64,000 nt of DNA from Eledone cirrhosa (lineage: Eukaryota). The DNA lies in NCBI GenBank assembly GCA_964016885.1, contig OZ024743.1, positions 95,170,001 to 95,234,000 of the forward strand. Direction: 5' to 3'. The position numbers and the translations under genes were made by a program. The notes under the pieces are model-generated. The model saw only the letters and a program-made list of their open reading frames with translations. It did not search any database and was not told the DNA's origin. Positions within the stretch are counted from its first letter, which is position 1. Every line of letters begins with the position of its first letter. Positions 54,031-64,000 of the stretch are shown piece by piece.

Positions 54031-56308
54031 ATAAAATAAAAGGAGGATGGACTGGTGTAAATCCTTGAAAGGTTTATTATACTATGATCATTTCAATGAC
54101 CGGGTTCCATATGAATCCGGTGATATCATCATGTATTGGAATATAACAAAGGAATATGTAAAAAACCATGGGTCCGAAAAATCAGAGACAGAGACAAAGA
54201 GGACGACTGACCAACTAGCTGCTCGGCCAGTCGCCCTCAAAGTGGTGGCAACTGAATCTACTAATGAACATTTGGTGAGGGAACGAAGGCTTATAATGCA
54301 CTACCACCACTCCGTCAAAGAAAAAGGGGAAGAAAGAAAGGGAGAAAGAAGTCAGTGTAAGGGTCATACTACATTCATGCTAGAAAATGCCGCGAAAAAA
54401 TGCTACTCCAAAGAATCTATAATGGGTGTCTGTATGGTCTAATGTGTGAACCGAAGATTGGAAGGTTAAACTTATGTTGCGAGTTATAGGATGAAATTAA
54501 ATTAAAGAGAAGTCAGTCAATACAATACATGTTTTAGTATAATACGTAGAGTTTTGTCGGAATGTATTGAACAGCGGCACTGACTTCAGTGTACAGCTAT
54601 TGCCAGCATGGGATTAACTGATCTACTTACCATTCGAATTTTGGCTGCTCTGCGCCTTATCTACCGCCACCTGATACTACTTCCTTGTCGGGATGATTCC
54701 GATTCCGACAAAACTCTACGTATTTTACTAAAACATGTATTGTATTGACAGAATTCTCTACTCTATACCTCAGGACTTTTTGTGACTCGCACTGAATTCG
54801 GAGACCCGAACTTTACACTAGGTACAGCCTGTTACCATTCCATCTCCTCCATCCTCTATATCTATATCTATATGTACAACCTGTATTATCTTACTACAAC
54901 TTGATCTATATTGATTCTTATTTACCTTTATTAATTTTTTTATTATTTCATTAATGTATATTTTTTTTATTATTTTATTATTTTATTATTTTTTTATTAT
55001 TTTATTAATGTATTTTTATCAATGTATTCTATCTTTATATTGGTATTTTATCTTTGTATGCTGCTTTTATTATTTTTTTGTAACTTTCCTTACTCAGCCC
55101 CTACCTACCTTTCCTTACATAGCCCCTACCCACCTAAGAACCACACTACTTATAACCCGGACTAACTGGGACTTTAAAATAATTTTGGTCTATTTGCACT
55201 TTTCATTGGGTTGCTACCTTCGACTTGTGTGATGGCTTTTCCCGGCCGCGCACTGGGCACTCGGAAAGTTCAGCTTTCCTTGAGTGCTCGGAAAAATAAA
55301 TTTCTCCTCTTTCGGTAAACGAAATTACTCGGAGCGGGTGGCTTTGCCCCAGTCCAACCGCGCCGCCTGTTATGGCCGCCACATTATACTTATACCTATA
55401 AACTCGAGGTTGAGGCATTACTATTAGCTGTATCATGCCTCTACTGGCACGTAAATAAACCCCTCATGTGTGATTTAATAGTATTCGTTTGGTATAGACG
55501 ATAGCCTGTCGAAATTGTAGACTTCCCGCTAGCGCTCCCGGGGCCTAAGGTAGTTACGTTCCTAGAGTACTCGGAAAAATTAATTTCCATTTCTTTCGCT
55601 GGACGATACCACTCGAGACTGGCTGACTCATGGTAGGGGGGGGGGGGGGGGGGCTGGGACTCCCAATCGAAATCTTTACTCTATATCCCATCCTAATATC
55701 TTATCGAGATAAATTTCTTCATATAAGACTCTCTCCGTAAGTTCATTAAATAAATAAATCTCCCTACCTTAACCTTTAATTCTCTAATAACTTATTTTTC
55801 AATTTATCATTTTTCAATTTAATATTTTTAATTTCATCCTATAACTCGCAACATAAGTTTAACCTTCCGATCTTCGGTTCACACATTAGACCATACAGAC
55901 ACCCATTATAGATTCTTTGGAGTAGCATTTTTTCGCGGCATTTTCTAGCATGAATGTAGTATGACCCTTAAACTGACTTCTTTCTCCCTTTCTTTCTTCC
56001 CCTTTTTCTTTGACGGAGTGGGGGTATGCATTATAAGCCTTCGTTCCCTCACCAAATGTTCATTAGTAGATTCAGTTGCCACCACTTTGAGGGCGACTGG
56101 CCGAGCAGCTAGTTGGTCAGTCGTCCTCTTTGTCTCTGTCTCTGATTTTTCGGACCCATGGTTTTTTTTACATATTCCTTTGTTATATTCCAATACCTGA
56201 TGATATCACCGGATTCATATGGAACGCGGTCATTGAAATGATCATAGTATAATAAACCTTTCAAGGATTTACACCAGTCCAGCCTCCTGTTATTTTATTT
56301 TATTTATA
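54022..56308. mobile_element. Non-coding PLE-like element with ~480-bp inverted pLTRs (family E)
   Basis: 54022-54500 is the reverse complement of ~55828-56308; hammerhead in each arm. Confidence 0.8.
56193..56250 (+). ncRNA. Minimal type I hammerhead ribozyme
   Basis: atac-CTGATGA-..accg../..cggt..-GAAA-tgatca-TA-gtat, then AATAAA; the inverted copy at ~54077-54134 has ATGATGA. Confidence 0.75.
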
Positions 56309-56449
56309 ATTAACTTCGTATTCGCATCACCAACTACACAAACGAAGATGGGTGAACTGCACTGCGTTGAGTACTCTTCACAATATTACACCAGGATTGA
56401 CCATACGGAATGACCAGTTCTATCCAGTGGTGAACCAACAAACCTAAAG

Positions 56450-56514
<65 letters not shown>

Positions 56515-56605
56515 AGAGAGAGTGAGAGAGAAACAAAGAGATGGGGGGGTGTTAAATAAATTGATCAATAAATAGATAGAGAACTATATAGATGGATATA
56601 TCGTG

Positions 56606-56662
<57 letters not shown>

Positions 56663-57394
56663 AGTGAAAATCAATACGGACACAAAATGAACGGAAGACA
56701 CACAAAGAGAAATCTAGACAGATACGTAAATGCAAATATATATTATATATTGGTCATAAATCTTCCTAGTGCACAACACTTTCCCTTCAAACCATGTAAC
56801 TGATCGGAGCTCCAACCAGGTTTTATGCCAATAATGGCTGCAAATATATTTCCACCCCAACCCATCTTAGGTAGCTTAGCTAATGTCCAAAAATCATTCT
56901 GCTTGTCAGGTCTCTTCACATCCCCTGTAAATACATACGGAATGGAATTAACAACCATCGTTTTGCACGACGATTGTACCAGCTTTTCGATCAAGGGGAC
57001 AGCTTCCTCATTAAATTAACGTCCGAGAGATTGAACATTCGCTAAACACGTATACGTGATGGAGATTCGACATGAAGTAGAGTTACAGGTCTATACGACT
57101 GGCGTCCAGACATTTTTCATCTATCCAATTTGAATCAAACGACTGTGGTATATGACACTTGCCCAAGATGTCAATGCATGCTATCGATTCCGGAACCTAA
57201 TGACTGCCAAACAAACCTTTTAACCAATAAGCTATTCTATGTCCACCATACAACCATAAACCATTTATCAATAACCTTTCAAACTCCCCAAGTGGTATTT
57301 ACACACTGCTGCGCTACGATAGTACATGCAAACAATGCCATCTACAATACTTCGAGGAAGTCACCTTCTGTTGCCCAGAAGCAGTTATATTCAC

Positions 57395-57477
<83 letters not shown>

Positions 57478-57479
<2 letters not shown>

Positions 57480-58008
57480 CTTGGGGAGGGTCATATTTGT
57501 GTAATATTGCCAGAATTAATAACAGAACACACTCACTGTTTGGTTGGTTTTCGCTTTTCGCTTCTGTGTCTTTTATATCGGTAATCTAATTTATTCGGTC
57601 CTCAATGTTGCCATTGACTGACCAACGGTCAACAATAATACAGATACAATATAGACACAAACACATATATAAAGTTTATCAAAGTTCTTTCGTGGCACAT
57701 CTGCAACATCGTCAGTGGTGCTATTGTTTCCTCCCGTTGCATTGTATTTTCTACGCCATCTTTATTTAGTCTGTTTATATATTTATTTATTTGTTTATTT
57801 TATTTTGTCTTCTTTGCGCATGCGTTTGCGTGTGTGTATAGTGTTTTGTTTGATGTGTGTTCGTGATTGGGTGACTGTGTATTGGTTAATGTATTCTATC
57901 TTTACTAGTGTGTGTTTATATGTGTTTGTTGTTATTGTGCTTGTGTATGTATTTATTTATTTTTTTATTTATACTTCTCTTAGGTCAGTGATGTTTGTTT
58001 GGGTGTTG
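57478..58008 (-). mobile_element. Family D pLTR copy
   Basis: Matches 36950-37447; abuts (TA)n. Confidence 0.8.
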
Positions 58009-58009
58009 A

Positions 58010-58432
58010 GGTTATTCCAATCTCGTTCCAGATGTTATGCATCCGTCTCCTATAGCCCCTCTCCTTGGGGTTACTTTTCAGGTAACATTGCATAACAGTT
58101 CTATTCAATTCTTTCGTCCAGTTGGTTCTGGTCCCTTTCCTTCTTCTTCTTCCTCCGACACCAGCAGTATTTGGTTGACAGCCAGGTCCCTGCTGCTGAG
58201 CCAGGGAGCACCTGTTGGGTGAGAGTCTGTCACGTGACGTTCTAGTCTCCATTTCACCGTTATTCGAACTGTTTAGGTTCGACATTTAAACACTCTTATC
58301 GAGGATTGGCGAATGTATGGTTACATAACCACCTGTGGATTCACCGTCTCCGGTGGTTACATCGCTCCACGTGGCTCTTGTGTGGCATTATCACGCTGTA
58401 GACGAACACAAATAAACAAACAAACAAACAAA
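58010..58432 (-). mobile_element. 5' end fragment of the R4/Dong-like element
   Basis: Near-duplicate of ~61690-62087; ORF 57980-58285 encodes the N-terminus MSNLNSS..WTKELNRTVMQCYLKSNP. Confidence 0.85.
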
Positions 58433-58462
58433 TTATTATTATTATTATTATTGTTATTGTTA

Positions 58463-61400
58463 TTCCTTGAATCTCAGTCATTGATGTTGGTTAACTGGAA
58501 AGTCCGTTGGATTGAATATCAAGCCACTACCTGCAGCCTCAGATATTCAGGACGTATCGGAGGGTTCTTGCCGTTCCAAGCAAGCATGCCTTTTGAAGCG
58601 TTCCAAAAAGCGTGAAGGGGCCGATTTTCTTTAACCATCCCTGGAAACCTTTGGAGATAGTCCCCAGTGCGCCTATGACAATCGGGATCACTTTGACTTC
58701 ATGGCAGTTCCAAATCCTTTTCACCTCCCACTTTAGGTCCTGGTATCGGTTAATTTTCTCCCTCTCCTTCTCTTGCACTCTCGTGTCGAACGGGCAGGCC
58801 ACATCCACAATCAGGCACGATCTTTTTTCTTTGTCCACAACCACCAGGTCAGGTCTATTGTGTTCCAGTTTTTTGTCCGTCTGTATCCTAAAATCCCACA
58901 GCACCTTCACCTGACTGTTCTCCATCACCGCCTCTGGCCTATGCTCATACCATTTCTCAGAATGTGGTAGATTGTTTACTTTGCACAGGTGCCAGTGGAT
59001 CACCCTGCCCATCACATCGTGTCTCCAGCCCTTATAGTGGGTCTGGGCTAGGTGTTTACACTCGGACACAATGTGAGCCACAGTCTCCTCTCTCTCTCCA
59101 CAGATCCTGCACAGTGGGCTAGCCTCCTCCTTGTAGATATGGTGCTTCAACCACTTCGTTTTGAGGGCCTGCTCCTGCGCAGCCATTAGCATTCCTTCTG
59201 TAGCCTTTTTGAGGTCTCCTCTTCTCAACCAGTTCCATGTCTGTGGATCTCTAAATTCAGTTTTCTCAAAGAAGGTACTATGAAGGGATTTTCCCTTAAG
59301 GCTGCTCTTCCTCCTTGATGTTATTTCCTCCTTGGATATCCCCTGGCCTACTGTCCCCTCCTTCAGTACAGCTCTGAGCATTGGCTCCTTACTATAGGTC
59401 ACGTATTTGTATAGGTTGTTTTTCTCCATCTGAACACAGTCCTCTATGCTGATAAGACCTCTTCCACCCTCAGATCTCCTTAGGTAGAGTCTATCGACAT
59501 CACTCCTCTTGTGGAACATGTTGTAGATAGTCAATAGCTTCCTAGTCTTCCTATCCATTTCTTTTTGTTCAGCAACATTCCATCTCAGAATTCCCGCACT
59601 GTACCTAATAATAGACACAGCTCGGGAATTTACTGCGCTTATGGCATTTCTGCTGTTCAGATGTGACTTCAATACGCTCCTTACTCTCCGAATGTATTCA
59701 GTTCTTAACAATTCCTTCATTTTTTTGTTCTTTATGCCATCAGCCTCCAGAACGCCCAAATACTTGTATCCTTCCTCAGAGTCAATTTCCTTTATCATCT
59801 CACCTGTTGGTATCTGGATCCCGTTACTTCTGCTCAACCTACCCCTCCTCATCACAATGACTCCACATTTACCAATACCAAACTGCATACATATATCACT
59901 GCTGAAAATACGGACAGTGTCAACAAGCACATCCAACTCCTTCTCACTTTTCCCGAAGAGCTTAAGATCGTCCATGAAGAGGAGGTGATTGATGGTAAGC
60001 TCTCCCCTTCCCAACATGTATCCTGCTCTCACTTTTCGCAGCATAATGGTCAAGGGCATCAGGGCAAGGACAAACAACAGAGGGGACAGGCTATCTCCCT
60101 GGAAGATACCTCTCTTGATCTTCACGCTTCCCAAGGATACTCCAGTTGATGTCAACTCTGTCTCCCAGGACCCCATACTCCTGCCCAGCAACTGTCTGAT
60201 GTTATCTGCCACCCTGAAGATCTCCAGGCTTTTGGTGATCCAGGAATGAGGCACCATGTCAAATGCCTTTCTGTAGTCTATCCATCCCATGGCAAGATCA
60301 GTGTGTCTCCTCCTGCAATTCCCCATTACCATCTTATCAATAAGCAACTGGTCCTTTGTACCACGTGACTTCTTTCGGCATCCTTTCTGTTCGTCCGGCA
60401 ACAAGTTGTTTGTGTGGAGGTGATGGTAGATTTCCTCAGACACAATGCTCGTCAACAGTTTCCACATTACGGGCAGACATGTGATAGGTCTATAGTTGGT
60501 AACATCATTACCCTTGATTCGGTCTTTCATTATCAGAACTGTGGTACCTTTTGTCAACCACTCTGGCACCTCACCCGACACCAAGCAGTCATTGAACATG
60601 GCCGTCAGCTTCGGGTGGAGGGATGTTAAATGTTTAATCCAATACCCCTGCACACCATCTGGGCCTGGTGATCTCCAGTTGGTTAGTTTTTTGGCTTGCC
60701 CCTTAAGAGTTTCAACTGTGATACTCAAATCAGTCTGTTGCTGTGCCTGCTCACCGATCTCCCTCTGTACTGTCTCAATCCACCCTGCCTGGGCATTGTG
60801 TCTAACATCCTGCTCCCATATTCCTCTCCAGAATGTTTTAGCTTGTTCCGCCCCAGGGATCAAGTCGTTGCCTCTTTCTTTCCCCTCAAGCTGTCCAAAC
60901 AGCATCTTCTGGTTGTTGTCGAACATGCGGTTCTGTTTATACTGACTGACTCTGTTCTCGTATCGCCTGATTTTGGCACTCTTTGCTACAATGCGTTGCT
61001 TCAATTCCTCTATGATAATATTTAGCTTTTTACTCCTAGTTTTGTATTTTATTTCCAGTCTATTTTTAGTGCCTATGTTTTTTAGTGTCCCATTCAGTAG
61101 TGACTCAAGCTTTCCTATGTCATTTCTCATTTCCTCGATTTGCCCACTCAGTCGCTTCTTCCACCACGGCTCTGCTCTTTCTTGTCTGTTGTTTCCTCTC
61201 GCTTTTATACCAAGTAGTTTCCTCACCGTATTTGCTGTTGCTTTGAGGATATTGTTGCACTGGTGAAGACTCCTCGCCTCAAGGTATGGGATGACTTTGT
61301 TTACCTTAGCTGTTGTTTCTTTTAACTTTTTCCTGTCTACAAATCTTAGGTTCATAGGTCTCCCACTATCATTGTTCAACTCATCTACCACTAAATTTAG

Positions 61401-62110
61401 GATGTCAACCGAATCTTGTCCTAGCCCGTCAGCATTCATCTCCTCAGTGGCCGTATCTCTGTTCCAGGTATTATTTATCTCAGTATTCAGATCATTGTCT
61501 GCTTCGGGTGATTCCTCCGTTCTCAGGACCTCCTCACCTTCATTTCCCGCCGGCTCGCTTGTCTGGCATACTACACCCGCCATCTCCAAGCCATTCTCTC
61601 TGCTCAGTTCCTCCAGTTCCAGCTCGCTTATCCACCCATTAGTTCTTATTACCCGAGCCTGCCCGGCCAATTTTTGTTCATCTAATTTAAATAAACCAAT
61701 CTCGTTCCAGATGTTATGCATCCGTCTCCTGTAGCCCCTCTCCTTGGGGTTACTTTTCAGGTAGCATTGCATAACAGTTCTATTCAATTCTTTCGTCCAG
61801 TTGGTTCTGGCCCCTTTCCTTCTTCTTCTTCATCCAACATCAGCAGTATTTGGTTGACAGTCAGGTTCCTGCTGCTGAGCCAGGGGGCACCTGTTGGGTG
61901 AGAGTCTGTCACATGACGTTCTAGTCTCCATTTCACCGTTATTCGAACTGTTTATGTTCGATATTTAAACACTCTTATCGAGGATTGGCGAATGTATGTT
62001 TACATAGCCATCTGTGGATCCGCCATCCCACTTGGCCCTTGTGTGGCATTATCACCACGCTGTATACGGACACACATAAACAAACAATCACACGGGCAGA
62101 AAGGGCCCCA
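58463..62110 (-). mobile_element. R4/Dong-clade (RLE) non-LTR retrotransposon, near full length
   Basis: Single long ORF, short 3' UTR ending in (TAA)n-like repeats at 58433-58462. Confidence 0.93.
58539..61787 (-). CDS. Reverse transcriptase + CCHC zinc finger + restriction-like endonuclease polyprotein
   Basis: SPGPDG, NYRPITCL, IDYRKAFDMVPH, RGIFQGDSLSPLLF, LLFMDDLKL, YKYLG, GGRGL, CRICGE..H..SEC, RPDLV..D..KYQDL; 1082 codons uninterrupted (first ATG at 61772). Confidence 0.95.
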   Translation of the reverse strand: MNRTVMQCYLKSNPKERGYRRRMHNIWNEIGLFKLDEQKLAGQARVIRTNGWISELELEELSRENGLEMAGVVCQTSEPAGNEGEEVLRTEESPEADNDLNTEINNTWNRDTATEEMNADGLGQDSVDILNLVVDELNNDSGRPMNLRFVDRKKLKETTAKVNKVIPYLEARSLHQCNNILKATANTVRKLLGIKARGNNRQERAEPWWKKRLSGQIEEMRNDIGKLESLLNGTLKNIGTKNRLEIKYKTRSKKLNIIIEELKQRIVAKSAKIRRYENRVSQYKQNRMFDNNQKMLFGQLEGKERGNDLIPGAEQAKTFWRGIWEQDVRHNAQAGWIETVQREIGEQAQQQTDLSITVETLKGQAKKLTNWRSPGPDGVQGYWIKHLTSLHPKLTAMFNDCLVSGEVPEWLTKGTTVLIMKDRIKGNDVTNYRPITCLPVMWKLLTSIVSEEIYHHLHTNNLLPDEQKGCRKKSRGTKDQLLIDKMVMGNCRRRHTDLAMGWIDYRKAFDMVPHSWITKSLEIFRVADNIRQLLGRSMGSWETELTSTGVSLGSVKIKRGIFQGDSLSPLLFVLALMPLTIMLRKVRAGYMLGRGELTINHLLFMDDLKLFGKSEKELDVLVDTVRIFSSDICMQFGIGKCGVIVMRRGRLSRSNGIQIPTGEMIKEIDSEEGYKYLGVLEADGIKNKKMKELLRTEYIRRVRSVLKSHLNSRNAISAVNSRAVSIIRYSAGILRWNVAEQKEMDRKTRKLLTIYNMFHKRSDVDRLYLRRSEGGRGLISIEDCVQMEKNNLYKYVTYSKEPMLRAVLKEGTVGQGISKEEITSRRKSSLKGKSLHSTFFEKTEFRDPQTWNWLRRGDLKKATEGMLMAAQEQALKTKWLKHHIYKEEASPLCRICGEREETVAHIVSECKHLAQTHYKGWRHDVMGRVIHWHLCKVNNLPHSEKWYEHRPEAVMENSQVKVLWDFRIQTDKKLEHNRPDLVVVDKEKRSCLIVDVACPFDTRVQEKEREKINRYQDLKWEVKRIWNCHEVKVIPIVIGALGTISKGFQGWLKKIGPFTLFGTLQKACLLGTARTLRYVLNI

Positions 62111-62504
62111 AAAATGAATAAGCATAAGTTTCATTGTAATGTAGTATTCGAATGTCTGACTTAGTTTTTGTTTTTTAAGTTTTACTTTTTCCCCCCTCTT
62201 CTCTGTCCGTCCGCCTGCTTCTCTCTTCATTCTTATTTTCTTTACGTTTTTGGGGTGTCTTTTTTTGTTTTTGTTTTTCTCTGTTTGTTTTTCTCGTTTT
62301 TTGCTGTTGTTGCTGTGCTGCTTTTGTTGTTTGTTTTTTCTTTTTTCTTTTGAGTCTATCTATATATTTTGATGCCTTCCTCTTTGTTAGTAGTAGGAAT
62401 TCTATAATGTGGAAGTGGCAGCCAGCAGAGACTGGCGGCGTTGGCGATACTGAGACAGTGGTGGTGGTGATGTCGATACCGAGGCAGTGGTGGCGGTGAT
62501 GCGA

Positions 62505-63150
62505 CCGTATTACTGTAGTGATGGTGCTGTAGCGGTGTCAGCAGCAGTGAAGGAGTCAAGGGGTGGTGGCGGCGGTGATGGGATAGTGGTGGTAATGATG
62601 GCCGTAGTGAGCGGTGGCGGTGAAGGTGAAAATGCTGTTGTGTTTAGTGTACACAGATGATGGGGTGGGTGGTGTATCTAGTTTCTGGTGTTGGTGAGTT
62701 TCGCTGTCCTATATAGTGTAGCCAGAGGAGAGGAGGGGGGGGGGGGGGTTCTTCTTCTTCCATTTATAGCCATTTTATTTTTTTTGGATATACAGTGTAC
62801 AATACAAAGTTGAATATTTGAATATTTGAGCCGTATTACTGTAGTGATGGTGCTGTAGCGGTGGCAGCAGCAGTGAAGGAGTCAAGGGGTGGTGGCGGCG
62901 GTGATGGGATAGTGGTGGTAATGATGGCCGTAGTGAGCGGTGGCGGTGAAGGTGAAAATGCTGTTGTGTTTAGTGTACACAGATGATGGGGTGGGTGGTG
63001 TATCTAGTTTCTGGTGTTGGTGAGTTTAGCTGTCCTATATAGTGTAGCCAGAGGAGAGGAGGGGGGGGGGTTCTTCTTCTTCCATTTATAGCCATTTTTT
63101 TTTGGATATACAGTGTACAATACAAAGTTGAATATTTGAATATTTGAGCC
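62505..63150. repeat. Tandem duplication, 2 x ~325 bp
   Basis: ccgtattactgtagtgatgg..aatatttgag at 62505-62830 and 62831-63150. Confidence 0.9.
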
Positions 63151-63320
63151 TTATAACAATATATTTTGGGTCCGAATTTTTTTGGGGCTCAAGCCGGGTG
63201 CTTTACGTAGCATTTGTACTAAGAGTTGTTATTTCACAAATGATTTAAATATGTTAAAAATTCAAAACTTACGGGAGCGATTTCATGACCTCCGTCACCT
63301 CGTGCGTCTTCTTCCCGTCA

Positions 63321-63380
<60 letters not shown>

Positions 63381-63385
<5 letters not shown>

Positions 63386-63470
63386 TTGCCTTTCAACCTT
63401 ACGGGGTCGATAAAATAAAGTACCAGTAATACACTGCGTATTTGCTGGCCTTGTGCCAAAAGTAGAAACA

Positions 63471-63475
<5 letters not shown>
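63381..63475 (+). mobile_element. 5'-truncated OK-like SINE inside (ATT)n
   Basis: taactttgcctttcaaccttacggggtcgat..agtagaaacaattatt with (ATT)n on both sides. Confidence 0.8.
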
Positions 63476-63509
<34 letters not shown>

Positions 63510-64000
63510 GAATGCCATGGTTGACGGAGGCTCGGCTCTGTAAGGTATAGTAATTTTTAAGCGTTAAAACAATTGTAAATTGTTTAAAACTTGAACCAAA
63601 TTGTTGATAAAGACACCCTCCTCCTCGTGAGAGGGGTCTTTCTGTCCGTTATTTGGCCCTTCGGGGTTAAATAACCAGTTATTGGGGTTTTGTACCCAAA
63701 ATTTCATTTTAAACAAAAAAACATGGCTACCAAAAAGAAATTTCATACGTCACTCCCACTCATTCCGTCTTCTTCTTCCTCAATCATCACTACAGCAGAG
63801 AGAAGATTGTCTCTCTCCCTCCCTTCTTTAAATGTGTCTCTCTCCCTCCCTTCTCTTTCGCAAGTGACGAAAGAAAAGAAAAGTCTCGTGCAAAGCGTGC
63901 AAGGTTTCTCCACGACGACGACGACAGCGACGAAACAGGTGTGCGGGAAATACGAAAACCCAGTTCATTCGGCTGACGTCAGGAATAATAGCAGTAGCAG

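Noticed and set aside
54047-56193. Duplicated ORF KNHGSEKSETETKR.. as a gene pair
   Set aside because: Lies antisense within inverted pLTR arms; frames differ between copies and there is no domain signature.
59641-61901. Plus-strand ORFs overlapping the R4-like gene
   Set aside because: Antisense shadows of the real minus-strand ORF with no recognisable motifs.
62000-62110. HDV-like ribozyme at the R4-like 5' end
   Set aside because: A ggccctt/aagggcc pairing exists on the minus strand, but I could not build the P2/P3/P1.1 nested pseudoknot; needs a descriptor search.

Overview
AT-rich, repeat-saturated animal genomic DNA. The tRNA-derived SINE families resemble the Octopus OK/OR SINEs, so the source is probably an octopod cephalopod (inference). 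I find no convincing host protein-coding gene; nearly all ORFs in the track are microsatellite or minisatellite artefacts. Recognisable content: a near-intact R4/Dong-clade RLE non-LTR retrotransposon (58539-61787, -) plus two fragments, associated with (TAA)n; a frameshifted Tx1/L1-like element (~25930-31020, -); CRE and RTE LINE fragments; a DD37D (maT) transposon remnant; non-autonomous Helitrons; many SINEs; 32-bp and 39-bp minisatellites. The dominant hidden signal is a dense set of Penelope-like element (PLE) remnants in (TA)n tracts, with GIY-YIG endonuclease fragments and more than 15 minimal hammerhead-ribozyme motifs. These include U3-A8 and apparent nucleotide-17-deletion variants, and they repeatedly form fold-back palindromes. 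One Naiad-type PLE endonuclease frame is intact except for a single TGA exactly on a conserved Cys, a selenocysteine candidate. All alignments and folds were done by eye, so coordinates are approximate.
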